This document shows positions 26,054 through 35,839 of a stretch of DNA of 42,862 bases, in pieces. The first letter of the stretch is position 1. Each line of letters opens with the position of its first letter. Source of the stretch: Ignavibacteriaceae bacterium (GTDB lineage Bacteria; Bacteroidota; Ignavibacteria; Ignavibacteriales; Ignavibacteriaceae); NCBI GenBank assembly GCA_046705105.1, contig JBJKQP010000266.1, positions 1-42,862 on the forward strand, written 5' to 3'. Under the pieces are notes generated by a model. It was not told the DNA's origin, searched no databases, and worked only from the letters and a program-made list of their open reading frames with translations. A program made the translations under genes and the position numbers.

Positions 26054-27382
26054 ATGAGTACAATAATTGTTTGCCCTGCTCTTATAATCAGAAATTTACG
26101 ATTTCTAATCCTCCTTTTTACGTTATTATTTCCCAGCATTTTGTTTGCATCTCATTATTATGTGGATTCAATTTCCGGAAGCAATTTAAATAACGGATTA
26201 ACACCGGGATCTGCATGGAAATCAATTTCAAAAATAAATAATATTAATTTAATTAAGGGGGATACTATTAGTTTTAGAAGCGGGTTAAGGTATTCGGGAA
26301 ACACATTGAGAATCAGGTATGATAATTTAACATTTAATTCGTATGGACCGGGAAATAAACCTGTACTGGACGGAAAGGGAATGAGTAATTGTGTAGAATT
26401 GAAAGGCCATAATAATATCCGATTTATAAATTTAAAATTTGTAAATGGATATCCCCGCGACATAACATTAAACGGATGCAGAAATATAATAATTGATTCA
26501 TGCAACGTTGACAGCTGTGCCGGGATGAATATTTTTCAACAAAACATTTATTCAGGTCAGGGATCTAGGTTAATAATCAGATATTCCACTATTAGCTATG
26601 CCGGTGCTGCAACCGGTGGAGGACACGGCATTTATATTGACGGTACCGATAGTACATTATTGGAATACGACACACTTATTTCCAATAAAAACAATAATAT
26701 AAGAATCGGTTACGGTTATACTAAGCCTTATTATACCGATAATTTAATAATTCGCTATTGTATTATTAAATATGCAGGAGATCAAAATATTTCAGATGAC
26801 GGCAGCAGAGAATCAAAATTTTATTATAATATTTTAGAAAACGATACCACTGGCTGGTCTGTTAATATATCTCTATTCGAACAAAACGGGTACCATCCTG
26901 AAAGGAATGATTATTTCAACAATACATTCATAATACATGATTACGGAAAAGATAATGCTGGAATATATATACATACGTCGGATTCAATATTATTTATGAA
27001 TGTCTATAATAATATCTTTTATCTTACAAATACTAGAAAAGGCTGGGCTATTTATTCAGAGGATAACATTAGAGAAAAATGGAATATTGATTACAATTTA
27101 TATTACTCCAACAAAGGATTTCAAAATCATGTTTGGCATTGGGGGCAAGTCCCCTTACATTCCTCAAAATCTTGGAGAAGAAAAGGTTTTGACAAAAAAG
27201 GGATTTTTAAAAATCCTTTATTTACGGATTATAAAAATGAAGACTACACTATTAGTAAAGACTCTCCTGCAAGAAAATCCGCAATAGGTCTTGGAATAAC
27301 TAAGGACGGAAAAGGCAACATAGTTCCATTAATAAATCCGGATATAGGAGCTTTTCAGTACGTAAACAAACCGCAAAAATAA
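26054..27382 (+). CDS. Secreted right-handed parallel beta-helix repeat protein (pectate-lyase-fold; candidate polysaccharide lyase, glycanase or epimerase)
   Basis: 442 aa with an N-terminal hydrophobic signal or anchor. GSNLNNGLTPGSAWKSISKIN is typical of beta-helix proteins. Periodic N/I/G-rich coils are present (NIRFINLKFVNG, CRNIIIDSCNVDSC). Confidence 0.65.
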   Translation: MSTIIVCPALIIRNLRFLILLFTLLFPSILFASHYYVDSISGSNLNNGLTPGSAWKSISKINNINLIKGDTISFRSGLRYSGNTLRIRYDNLTFNSYGPGNKPVLDGKGMSNCVELKGHNNIRFINLKFVNGYPRDITLNGCRNIIIDSCNVDSCAGMNIFQQNIYSGQGSRLIIRYSTISYAGAATGGGHGIYIDGTDSTLLEYDTLISNKNNNIRIGYGYTKPYYTDNLIIRYCIIKYAGDQNISDDGSRESKFYYNILENDTTGWSVNISLFEQNGYHPERNDYFNNTFIIHDYGKDNAGIYIHTSDSILFMNVYNNIFYLTNTRKGWAIYSEDNIREKWNIDYNLYYSNKGFQNHVWHWGQVPLHSSKSWRRKGFDKKGIFKNPLFTDYKNEDYTISKDSPARKSAIGLGITKDGKGNIVPLINPDIGAFQYVNKPQK

Positions 27383-27485
27383 ATGCATTATAATATTAAC
27401 TATAGATAAAAATAATCAAGACTTTTAACTCAATTTAATTTATTTTTGACCTCTAAGTTTAATATACTCATAGAAGGATCCATCA

Positions 27486-28997
27486 ATGAATAAACCCCGT
27501 CTCAGTTTTATGCAAATCTGGAACATGAGTTTCGGATTCCTAGGTATTCAATTCGGTTTTGCTCTGCAAAATGCAAATGTAAGCCGTATTTTTGAAACAT
27601 TAGGCGCAAAGATAGACGCAATCCCGATTCTCTGGATCGCAGCGCCGATTACCGGATTAATAGTTCAGCCAATCATTGGACATATGAGTGATAAAACTTG
27701 GAATAGACTCGGCAGACGACGTCCTTATTTTTTAGCCGGGGCTATACTGGCTTCCCTGGGTATTATAATTATGCCTAACTCTCCCGTTCTTTGGTTTGCT
27801 GCAGCTATGTTATGGATTATGGATGCATCGATTAATATTTCTATGGAACCGTTCAGAGCATTCGTAGGAGATATGCTTCCATCCGAACAAAGAACAGTGG
27901 GGTTTTCTATGCAGAGCTTTTTTATCGGAATCGGTGCTGTTGTAGCTTCCGCACTTCCGTACATGATGACAAATTGGTTCGGTGTAAGCAATACCGCACC
28001 AGAGGGAATGATCCCGGAATCAGTTAAACTTTCTTTTTATATCGGTGGTACGGTTTTCTTTCTTGCAGTACTTTGGACGGTTATTAGTTCAAAAGAATAC
28101 CCTCCGGAAGAATTAAAAAAGTACAGTGAAGATAGTGAAAGCAGCAGTTCTTTTAGAGCTGAAGATGAAAATTTAATTTCTCACAAGAAATTTTTTAAAA
28201 ACGGATTAATCTGGACAGTAATAGGATTAGTATTATTTTTAATATTTGATCTATTCATTTATATGGATTACGGACTGGGGGTCTTTTTCGGAGGTATTAC
28301 GGTATTCGGCATTCTACAAATCATTGTAGGATTCATGAGCAAGCAGAAAAAAACTACCGGCGGATTCGTTGTTGTTATGAACGATTTATTTAAAATGCCG
28401 AAAACCATGGTTCAGCTTTCTTACGTACAATTTTTTTCATGGTTTGCTCTTTTTGCAATGTGGATTTATACCACTCCTGCAGTGACACATCATATATACG
28501 GAACTACTGATCCGCAATCGGCATTATATAATAAAGGTGCAGATTGGGTAGGTGTTTTAATGGCTGTGTACAACGGATTTGCTGCCGTAATGGCCTTTCT
28601 ACTCATCTGGCTTGCGAAAAAGACCAGCCGCAAAATGGTTCATTCCATAAGCCTAATTTGCGGAGGATTGGGCTTGGCTTCATTTTATATTATTAAAGAC
28701 CCGAACCTGCTTTTAATTTCCGAACTCGGAATAGGTTTAGCATGGGCTTCAATACTGGCAATGCCCTATGCTATCTTAACCGGTTCGCTGCCGGCAAATA
28801 AAATGGGGGTTTACATGGGTATATTTAACTTTTTTATTGTGATTCCTCAAATTACTGCGGCTGCGATTTTAGGATTTTTCGTAAAACATTTATTCGGTGA
28901 TGAATCAATATACGCACTGCTTCTCGGCGGTGTCTCATTCATACTCGCAGCTATTCTTGTTATGAAGGTTGATGATGTTGATGAAGTGAAGGCATAA
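27486..28997 (+). CDS. MFS sugar:cation symporter, SLC45/GPH-like (sucrose/maltose-type)
   Basis: 503 aa with about 12 TM segments. MSDKTWNRLGRRRPYF is the conserved loop 2-3 R-x-G-R-R motif. A GAAGGA Shine-Dalgarno-like box lies upstream of the ATG. Confidence 0.8.
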   Translation: MNKPRLSFMQIWNMSFGFLGIQFGFALQNANVSRIFETLGAKIDAIPILWIAAPITGLIVQPIIGHMSDKTWNRLGRRRPYFLAGAILASLGIIIMPNSPVLWFAAAMLWIMDASINISMEPFRAFVGDMLPSEQRTVGFSMQSFFIGIGAVVASALPYMMTNWFGVSNTAPEGMIPESVKLSFYIGGTVFFLAVLWTVISSKEYPPEELKKYSEDSESSSSFRAEDENLISHKKFFKNGLIWTVIGLVLFLIFDLFIYMDYGLGVFFGGITVFGILQIIVGFMSKQKKTTGGFVVVMNDLFKMPKTMVQLSYVQFFSWFALFAMWIYTTPAVTHHIYGTTDPQSALYNKGADWVGVLMAVYNGFAAVMAFLLIWLAKKTSRKMVHSISLICGGLGLASFYIIKDPNLLLISELGIGLAWASILAMPYAILTGSLPANKMGVYMGIFNFFIVIPQITAAAILGFFVKHLFGDESIYALLLGGVSFILAAILVMKVDDVDEVKA

Positions 28998-29055
28998 TAA
29001 AAGGATAGTATTTATTTTTGAATTTATGAAAGATACTAGTTGAGTTTGAAAATTT

Positions 29056-29520
29056 ATGATAGAAATTATTGAGGCGAAAACAAATAAAGAGATTCAATCT
29101 GTAAAGGATTTATTTATTGAATATGCGGAATCTCTGGATTTTAAACTTTGTTTTCAAAATTTTAATGAAGAATTAAAAAACCTGCCGGGGGATTATTTGC
29201 CTCCCGGCGGTATACTTTTGCTTGCAATTAATGACGGCTTTGCTGCCGGTTGCGCCGCGTTAAGAAAAATCAATGATGAAATATGCGAAATGAAAAGACT
29301 ATACGTGAGGGACAAATTCCGCGGCCTTCATATAGGAATTAATTTAGCTAACAGGTTAATTACGGAAGCGAATAAAATCGGCTATAAAATAATGCGGCTT
29401 GATACGGTTCCGTCAATGAAGACAGCTCAAAAGCTTTACAAGTCATTAGGTTTTTATGAGATTACACCTTACCGGTATAATCCGGTTGAAGGCGCAGTCT
29501 ACATGGAGCTGAAACTTTAA
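29056..29520 (+). CDS. GNAT-family N-acetyltransferase
   Basis: 154 aa. MKRLYVRDKFRGLHIGINLANRL is the acetyl-CoA-binding motif A (R/Q-x-x-G-x-G/A pattern). Confidence 0.8.
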   Translation: MIEIIEAKTNKEIQSVKDLFIEYAESLDFKLCFQNFNEELKNLPGDYLPPGGILLLAINDGFAAGCAALRKINDEICEMKRLYVRDKFRGLHIGINLANRLITEANKIGYKIMRLDTVPSMKTAQKLYKSLGFYEITPYRYNPVEGAVYMELKL

Positions 29521-29570
29521 TTGTCATCACCTAAATCAGCACAATTACATCATGAACTAATTGTAAATAA

Positions 29571-31040
29571 TTATTGTTCAACAGGCTGCACATCTTCTTT
29601 TACAAAGAACCACAATACAGCAGAAACCGCTAACGCAAATGTACTTATAATAAATATTAAACTTTTATTCGGTGCTTCGTTTACTGCTTGACCTACTCCG
29701 AAACTTGCCACAAGCTGCGGCAGTACTACTGCAAGATTAAAAAGTCCCATATACAATCCCATTTTAGCCTGGTCGACCTTCTGCGACATTATAGCAAATG
29801 GTAAGCTTATTGTAGCTGCCCAGCCGATTCCAAGCACCCCCATAAGTATGTAAATTATAACCGGATGAAATCCGAAAAAAAGCATTCCTGCATATCCTAC
29901 CGCCATAGATGCAATACAGTAGGCATGAGTTTTTACTCTGCCGATTTTCCTGGTAATCGGTTCAAGAACAAATGCCGGCAATATAGCACCGACAGCATTC
30001 AAAATTAGAAAACTAATCGAAACAATCCTCCCCATATCTATTTGAACCGCTCCCGGAATTACGGCATCCGGACCGAAGTTGTAAACTTTAAATTGTACAT
30101 AGGCAAACATATATATGAACATAGTTTGAATTCCGATCCAGGTAAATGAATGCGCTGCAAGTACTTTTTTAAATCCTATTATCCCTGCTTCGCTTTTGGT
30201 CTTCCCTTCTACATTCTTTAAAAGGACCTTTACAATAAAATATATTGTAATTATAAAGCATATAATTTCTACATAATAATTGTCGAATTTTATTTGAAGC
30301 ATGCGCATCGTTATTGCATAAACCGCATAAATTAAAAATCCCCAAAGAGGCTGAATGTCTTTAAGAATAGATAATAAAGAAGTCTTGGAAGCTTTATTTA
30401 TATCACCAGTCTCGTCATTTGTTTCAAGTTCTCTCGGTTCTTCAATGAAGAAAGGTGGAATAACAGATAAGATAAGCACTAAACCCACGCCGATATAAAT
30501 AAGTACATAATTATTCCAAACTGCTCCGATAACATAAGCCAGCACACCGAAAGTACCGGATATTGTCTGCATCCAGGAATATCCTTTCGTTCTCTCTACG
30601 CCTTCGGGTGTAACATCCGCAATTATTGATCTGGTCGGATTGAAACTTACATTTATTGCTAGATCAAGGGTTAGAGCAACCACTATAGCAACACCTAGAA
30701 TTCCGTTAAGGCCAAGCGACTTGGAAATTATATCAATATTAGGTAAAGCCAGCAGCATTAACGCCGCAAGAAAGCCGCCGATAAATATGAAAGGTCTTCT
30801 TCTGCCTTTCCATAACCAGACTTTGTCGCTTATTATTCCCACAATGACCTGCCCCAATATTCCCGCAATAGGACCGGCAGCCCAAACTAGTCCCACATCA
30901 TCAATTTTTAAACCGTACTTTGTGCTCAATATCCAGCTTAGTGCTGAAATCTGGATGGACAATGCGAATCCCATTGCAGTTGAAGGCAAGCTTAATAAAG
31001 CATAAAAAGAATTTGTTAATTTTTTTTGGATATTAAGCAT
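29571..31040 (-). CDS. MFS sugar:cation symporter, SLC45/GPH-like; probable maltose/maltodextrin transporter
   Basis: 489 aa. ISDKVWLWKGRRRPFIF is homologous to the motif in 27486-28997. The gene lies immediately downstream of the GH13 amylase on the same strand. Confidence 0.75.
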   Translation of the reverse strand: MLNIQKKLTNSFYALLSLPSTAMGFALSIQISALSWILSTKYGLKIDDVGLVWAAGPIAGILGQVIVGIISDKVWLWKGRRRPFIFIGGFLAALMLLALPNIDIISKSLGLNGILGVAIVVALTLDLAINVSFNPTRSIIADVTPEGVERTKGYSWMQTISGTFGVLAYVIGAVWNNYVLIYIGVGLVLILSVIPPFFIEEPRELETNDETGDINKASKTSLLSILKDIQPLWGFLIYAVYAITMRMLQIKFDNYYVEIICFIITIYFIVKVLLKNVEGKTKSEAGIIGFKKVLAAHSFTWIGIQTMFIYMFAYVQFKVYNFGPDAVIPGAVQIDMGRIVSISFLILNAVGAILPAFVLEPITRKIGRVKTHAYCIASMAVGYAGMLFFGFHPVIIYILMGVLGIGWAATISLPFAIMSQKVDQAKMGLYMGLFNLAVVLPQLVASFGVGQAVNEAPNKSLIFIISTFALAVSAVLWFFVKEDVQPVEQ

Positions 31041-31128
31041 AGTTATCCTTTCAATGTAAGTCGATTGATGATTAATGGATTATAATTTATAGTCAATTGT
31101 TAACTATCCCGTTTCCTCAAAAGATTTT

Positions 31129-32961
31129 TTATTTGCTCAAAAGGAAAATATTTCCTGATTCTCCGGCAATTTTTAAACTTGAATTATTATCTAATAGAAA
31201 AGACTCTCCCGTCATCAAGTTCTTAATTCTTTTCACCTCTTTTAATTGATCCGAGTAACGTCCTAGATTTACATCCTTGGCAATTTTATTATTATTAATT
31301 ACGGTCATTATTTTTTCGTTCCCGTTTTCCTTAAAGTAAACAAACAATTCATCAGCAGGCGGAAATTCAACCAGCTTTCCGTAAGAAAGCGCCTTATGTT
31401 CTTTTCTTAATACAAGAAGCTTATGAACAAAATTATAAATTTCATTTTCGTACTTTGTTCTCCCTTTGGATGTAAAAGCATCTCTTTTATCACCGGGAAA
31501 TCCGCCTGGAAAATCTGAACGAATGAGACCGTCTTCCCGACCTCCTTTCATTCCTATTTCAGTTCCGTAATAAATTTCAGGTATCCCTCTTGAAGTAAGC
31601 AGCATAAGTAAAGCCATTTTAAATTTATCTTCATCACCCTTGGCTAAGAGCATTGCCCTTTCAACGTCATGATTATCCAGAAAAGTTACAAGATTATCAG
31701 GATCCGAATAAATAAAATCTTTTGCAAAATCTTCATAGATACTGTGTAAGCCTGCTTTGCCTTGAAGAAACTCCGCATAAACATCGTGCGTAGCATAATC
31801 GGTTATTGCAGGCAGATTTGAATCGAACTTCCTGGGATAGTAACTATGTGTTTGAAAACTTGCCAGAAAGGGCGCAATTCCCGTCCATATTTCTCCTACA
31901 ATATTAAATTTTGGGTATTCGGTTAAAATAGCTTTGGCCCATTTAGCCAAGTATTTCTGATCGCAGTAAGGGTAGGTATCCTCCCTTATTCCGTCAAGCC
32001 CTGTTGATTCTATCCACCACAACGTATTTTGAATTAAATAGTCGCTTAGGAAAGGATCGGCTTGATTTAGATCCGGCATTTGATTTGTGAACCAGCCTTT
32101 TGTCGTATTTATTATAGTTGACGAGTCGCGATGGATATCCGCAAAGGCCAGTTTATCATGTTTTGTCATAAAGTGATTTTTAATGCTGCCGTTTATCCAA
32201 TCTTTAAAAGGTAAATCCTTCATCCACGGATGGTCTATGCTTATATGATTGCTCACATGATCTAAAATTATTTTTAATCCTTTTGAATGAGCATCCTTTA
32301 CTAATTCCTCATATAATTTATTTGAGCCGAACCTCGGATCGATTTTATAAAAATCGGTAGCACTGTACCCGTGATAACTTATGTGAGTGTTATTCTCTAT
32401 CAACGGATTCATCCAAAGCGTTGTTACACCTAGATTCTTCAGATAGTCCAGATGTTTTATTATTCCTTCAATATCTCCGCCGTGCCTTCCCAACGGATCA
32501 TTAATATTATATTCATCAATTGTTCCCCGAACTCGGTTATTTGAAGTATCGCCGTCGGCAAAACGGTCCGGCGTGATTAAATAAATTACGTCGCCTTTAT
32601 TAAATCCCTGGAAATTTCCTTCGGTGTTTTTTTTCTTCAGAATCGGGAAATTAATGTCAGCCGCTTTTCCGTTTTTATTAAGGATTAATTTATAGTTTCC
32701 CGGTTTTAAGTTTGAAGGAATTTTTATATCAATAAAAGAATAATCGGGACTTTCCGCATTATGAATTTTAGTTACTTTAATCTCGCTATTGTTAAATTTT
32801 GGAGAGACATTTTTAAGATTCTTACCGTAGACCATTAATTGAACTTTATTCCAATGCATTCCTACCCACCAATTCGGCGGTTCAACTTTTTTTATTATTA
32901 TATTTTGTGCAAAGCAGAGATTAGCCGATAATATTAGAAGTGTAACGATAGATTTTAGCAA
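31129..32961 (-). CDS. GH13 alpha-amylase / cyclomaltodextrinase-like enzyme, secreted
   Basis: 610 aa with a signal peptide. GH13 regions: DRFADGD, YHGYSATDFYKIDPRFGS, region I ILDHVSNH, region II GLDGIREDT, region III VGEIW, region IV FLDNHDVER. TTG start preceded by a GGGGGAGGGG Shine-Dalgarno box. Confidence 0.9.
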   Translation of the reverse strand: MLKSIVTLLILSANLCFAQNIIIKKVEPPNWWVGMHWNKVQLMVYGKNLKNVSPKFNNSEIKVTKIHNAESPDYSFIDIKIPSNLKPGNYKLILNKNGKAADINFPILKKKNTEGNFQGFNKGDVIYLITPDRFADGDTSNNRVRGTIDEYNINDPLGRHGGDIEGIIKHLDYLKNLGVTTLWMNPLIENNTHISYHGYSATDFYKIDPRFGSNKLYEELVKDAHSKGLKIILDHVSNHISIDHPWMKDLPFKDWINGSIKNHFMTKHDKLAFADIHRDSSTIINTTKGWFTNQMPDLNQADPFLSDYLIQNTLWWIESTGLDGIREDTYPYCDQKYLAKWAKAILTEYPKFNIVGEIWTGIAPFLASFQTHSYYPRKFDSNLPAITDYATHDVYAEFLQGKAGLHSIYEDFAKDFIYSDPDNLVTFLDNHDVERAMLLAKGDEDKFKMALLMLLTSRGIPEIYYGTEIGMKGGREDGLIRSDFPGGFPGDKRDAFTSKGRTKYENEIYNFVHKLLVLRKEHKALSYGKLVEFPPADELFVYFKENGNEKIMTVINNNKIAKDVNLGRYSDQLKEVKRIKNLMTGESFLLDNNSSLKIAGESGNIFLLSK

Positions 32962-33104
32962 ATCAACCCCTCCCCCAGCTTGTATTCACGCATAAATAAA
33001 ATATTCCTCAAAATGAATTTAACCTATTATAATTACTGATTTTTTATTTAAATTTAGCTCTGAGATATTGTGTGAATTTAATAAGTAGAGATTCTATTTG
33101 GTAC

Positions 33105-33127
33105 TACCCTTTTGGGTGGGTTTTTGA
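33105..33127 (+). terminator. Orphan intrinsic-terminator-like hairpin (CTACCC-TTTT-GGGTGG followed by GTTTTTG)
   Basis: A 6-bp stem (one G-U pair), tetraloop and U-run, readable only on the plus strand. No plus-strand gene lies upstream. Confidence 0.3.
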
Positions 33128-33308
33128 ATTATTTAATAGAAATAGATGGGTATTTTACACTCTACTGCCACCCGGAATTAAAAATTTGCATTTTAGTTTA
33201 TTTTTTAATTGATTTATGCAAGAAATAGAAAAAATAATTTTTCTTGCTCTTGTTGGCTTGCATTTATTTGACAATAAAAATAATTTTTAATCCTATTTTT
33301 TACGGTTT

Positions 33309-33767
33309 ATGGAAAAAGTACCAGAAGAAAAAGATATAACGGTAAATAGAAAAGCAAGACACGAATATTCAATAGTTCAGACATACGAAGCAGGTATTGT
33401 ATTACAAGGAACTGAAGTAAAATCTTTAAGAGCCGGTAAGGCAAATTTGGTTGATAGTTACGCCAATTTAAAAAATGGTGAAGTGTGGTTAATCGGAGCT
33501 CACATAAGCGTATACGAGCAAGGAAACATAAATAATCACGAACCAACCAGAACGAGGAAGCTGCTCCTCAATAAAAATGAAATTAGGAAACTAATCGGGA
33601 AGGTTAAAGAAAAAGGACTAACTTTAATTCCGCTGAGGCTATATTTTAAAAACGGAAAGGTTAAAGTGGAATTGGCCCTGGCTAAGGGCAAAAAAGTTTA
33701 CGATAAACGCGAATCTATTGCCAAAAGGGATATGAAAAGAGATCAGGAACGAAGGATTAAATATTGA
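33309..33767 (+). CDS. smpB: SsrA-binding protein SmpB
   Basis: 152 aa. [28 protein letters not shown] and [11 protein letters not shown] are the SmpB signature sequences. Confidence 0.95.
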   Translation: MEKVPEEKDITVNRKARHEYSIVQTYEAGIVLQGTEVKSLRAGKANLVDSYANLKNGEVWLIGAHISVYEQGNINNHEPTRTRKLLLNKNEIRKLIGKVKEKGLTLIPLRLYFKNGKVKVELALAKGKKVYDKRESIAKRDMKRDQERRIKY

Positions 33768-33817
33768 AGATGCTGATAGTAATTATTTATAGTCCCTTAT
33801 TGTAAAATTTTTGCTTG

Positions 33818-33847
33818 TGGAATAATGGGTAAAATTTAATTATTCCA
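33818..33847 (+). terminator. Possible weak terminator hairpin downstream of smpB
   Basis: Perfect 9-bp AT-rich stem TGGAATAAT / ATTATTCCA with a 12-nt loop. The T-run (GTTTT) is short and displaced by 6 nt. Confidence 0.25.
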
Positions 33848-33905
33848 GACAACGTTTTAAGATTAATTTTTTTATATAATATTTTAATAATCGATTATTC
33901 AATCA

Positions 33906-35132
33906 ATGACAAAATTAAATTTCCCCCCGGTTAATGAACAAATAGACCTTATTAAAAGAGGTGCATTTGAAATTATTCCGGAAGATGAGCTTGTAAAAAA
34001 ATTAGAAAAATCTTTAAAAGAAGGAAAACCTCTAAACATAAAATTAGGATGCGATCCCAGCAGGCCGGATTTGCATATCGGGCATTCTGTTGTTTTAAGA
34101 AAGCTGTCGCAATTTCAGTCTCTCGGTCATCAGGCAATATTAATTATCGGCGATTTTACCGGCATGATAGGCGATCCTTCCGGCAGAAATGTAACTCGGC
34201 CGGCACTTTCGCTTGAAGAAACAAGAATAAACGGGCAGTCATATCTTGAGCAGGCTTCAAAAATTTTAGATAAAGAAAAAACAAAAATAGTTTATAACTC
34301 CGAATGGCTGGGCAAGATGAGTTTTGAAGACGTAATTAAGCTTTCTTCAAAATATACCGTTGCACGTATGATTGAGCGGGATGATTTTACAAAACGTTTC
34401 AAAGCAGGCGAACCCATCAGTGTACACGAATTCTTATACCCGCTTGCTCAGGCAATGGACTCTGTGGCAATAAAAAGCGATGTTGAACTCGGAGGTACAG
34501 ACCAAAAGTTCAATCTTTTAGTAGGACGTGATATCCAGAGAGAGTTCGGAATTGAACCGCAGATAATTCTAACAATGCCGTTAATAGTAGGAACAGACGG
34601 TGTTGAAAAGATGAGCAAGTCTTATAATAACTATATAGGTATTTCCGAAACTCCGAAAGATATGTACGGCAAAACCCTTTCTATACCGGATAATTTAATT
34701 TACAACTATTACGAGCTTGCAACCGATATTTCAAATGAAAAGCTGAAAGAAATAAGAAATCAGCTCAACAATCCGTCAGTAAATCCTAGAGATCTAAAAA
34801 GGAAATTAGCAAGAACGATTGTTTCTATGTACCACGACGAACAATCTGCTAAGGAAGCTGAAGAAGAATTCGATAAAGTTTTTATAAAAAAAGAAATTCC
34901 TGACGATATCCCGGTATATAAATTTAGCGACGGGACTACCGAAATAGGTATTTTAGATTTAATAACCAGGGTTAATTTTGCATCTTCCAAAGGCGAAGCA
35001 AGAAGACTGGTTATGCAGGGCGGTGTAACCGTAAACGGAGAAAAGACCGAAGATATAACCGCTGTAGTAAAGCTTAAAAATGAGCTGATCTTAAAAGTAG
35101 GGAAAAGAAAATTTATTAAAATAACAACATAA
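33906..35132 (+). CDS. tyrS: Tyrosine--tRNA ligase
   Basis: 408 aa. HIGH motif (DLHIGHSV), KMSKS motif (EKMSKSYNN) and a C-terminal S4-like domain ([18 protein letters not shown]). Confidence 0.95.
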   Translation: MTKLNFPPVNEQIDLIKRGAFEIIPEDELVKKLEKSLKEGKPLNIKLGCDPSRPDLHIGHSVVLRKLSQFQSLGHQAILIIGDFTGMIGDPSGRNVTRPALSLEETRINGQSYLEQASKILDKEKTKIVYNSEWLGKMSFEDVIKLSSKYTVARMIERDDFTKRFKAGEPISVHEFLYPLAQAMDSVAIKSDVELGGTDQKFNLLVGRDIQREFGIEPQIILTMPLIVGTDGVEKMSKSYNNYIGISETPKDMYGKTLSIPDNLIYNYYELATDISNEKLKEIRNQLNNPSVNPRDLKRKLARTIVSMYHDEQSAKEAEEEFDKVFIKKEIPDDIPVYKFSDGTTEIGILDLITRVNFASSKGEARRLVMQGGVTVNGEKTEDITAVVKLKNELILKVGKRKFIKITT

Positions 35133-35152
35133 TCAAGAAAGGAGATGAGGAT

Positions 35153-35698
35153 TTGTATGTCCCATCAAAAATATTTTTTACAAAGGGTGTAGGCAGGCAC
35201 AAAGAATACTTAACTTCATTTGAGCTTGCACTGCGCAGTGCCGGAATTGAAATTTGCAACCTAGTTACCGTTAGCAGCATCTTCCCTGTCAACTGCAAAA
35301 GGATTTCTAAAGAAGAAGGTTTTAAAGAAATAAAACCAGGACAGATAACATTTTGTGTTATGGCAAGGAATTCAACTAACGAACCTAACAGGCTGATCGC
35401 GGCTTCAATCGGAGTGGCTTTGCCAGCAGATAACAACCAGTACGGTTATCTATCGGAACACCACCCTTTCGGTGAAACAGAAAAAGTTGCCGGTGAATAT
35501 GCCGAGGATTTAGCTGCTACAATGCTGGCTACTACATTGGGAGTAGAATTTAATCCCGATACAGACTGGAGCGAGAGAGAAAATATTTATAAAATGTCGG
35601 GTAAAATAGTCAGATCATTTAATGTCACACAATCTGCAGAAGGTGATAAAAACGGGCTTTGGACAACAGTGTTGTCTGTCGGAATACTTTTACCTTAA
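35153..35698 (+). CDS. pdaD: Pyruvoyl-dependent arginine decarboxylase
   Basis: 181 aa. [29 protein letters not shown] and the self-cleavage region LVTVSSIFP match the PvlArgDC family. TTG start with an AAAGGAG Shine-Dalgarno box 8 nt upstream. Confidence 0.85.
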   Translation: MYVPSKIFFTKGVGRHKEYLTSFELALRSAGIEICNLVTVSSIFPVNCKRISKEEGFKEIKPGQITFCVMARNSTNEPNRLIAASIGVALPADNNQYGYLSEHHPFGETEKVAGEYAEDLAATMLATTLGVEFNPDTDWSERENIYKMSGKIVRSFNVTQSAEGDKNGLWTTVLSVGILLP

Positions 35699-35839
35699 TT
35701 CGGAAATTGAATTTTGTAAAAGGATATTACTTTAGGAATTATTATTTTAATTATCGTAGTGATTATATATTGATTTATACTTCACAAAGCATAGACACGA
35801 AAAATAAGAAGACCTATTCCATAAAAGGGAAAAATAAAT

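Noticed and set aside
29521-29570. AT-rich inverted repeat TAATTGT...ACAATTA between the convergent GNAT and MFS genes as a bidirectional terminator
   Set aside because: It is a 7-bp all-A/T-dominated stem with a 16-nt loop and no flanking U-tracts. That is too weak to call.
32962-33308. tmRNA (ssrA) or tRNA gene next to smpB
   Set aside because: There is no tRNA-like acceptor/T-arm (GGTTCGAATCC-like) sequence and no tag-peptide reading frame. The region is too short and too AT-rich for a ~350-nt tmRNA.
33768-33905. T-box leader upstream of tyrS
   Set aside because: The gap is only 138 nt. I found no T-box sequence (AGGGUGGNACCGCG-like) or specifier-loop architecture, only an AT-rich hairpin better read as a weak smpB terminator.
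35699-35839. Possible yybP-ykoY (Mn2+) riboswitch upstream of the TerC-family gene
   Set aside because: TerC/Alx genes often carry this leader, so I looked for it. The 141-nt gap lacks the conserved GGGGAGUAG 5' block and a matching AGAGACC-UUU closing strand. Only a loose AAGAAGACCU resemblance is present.
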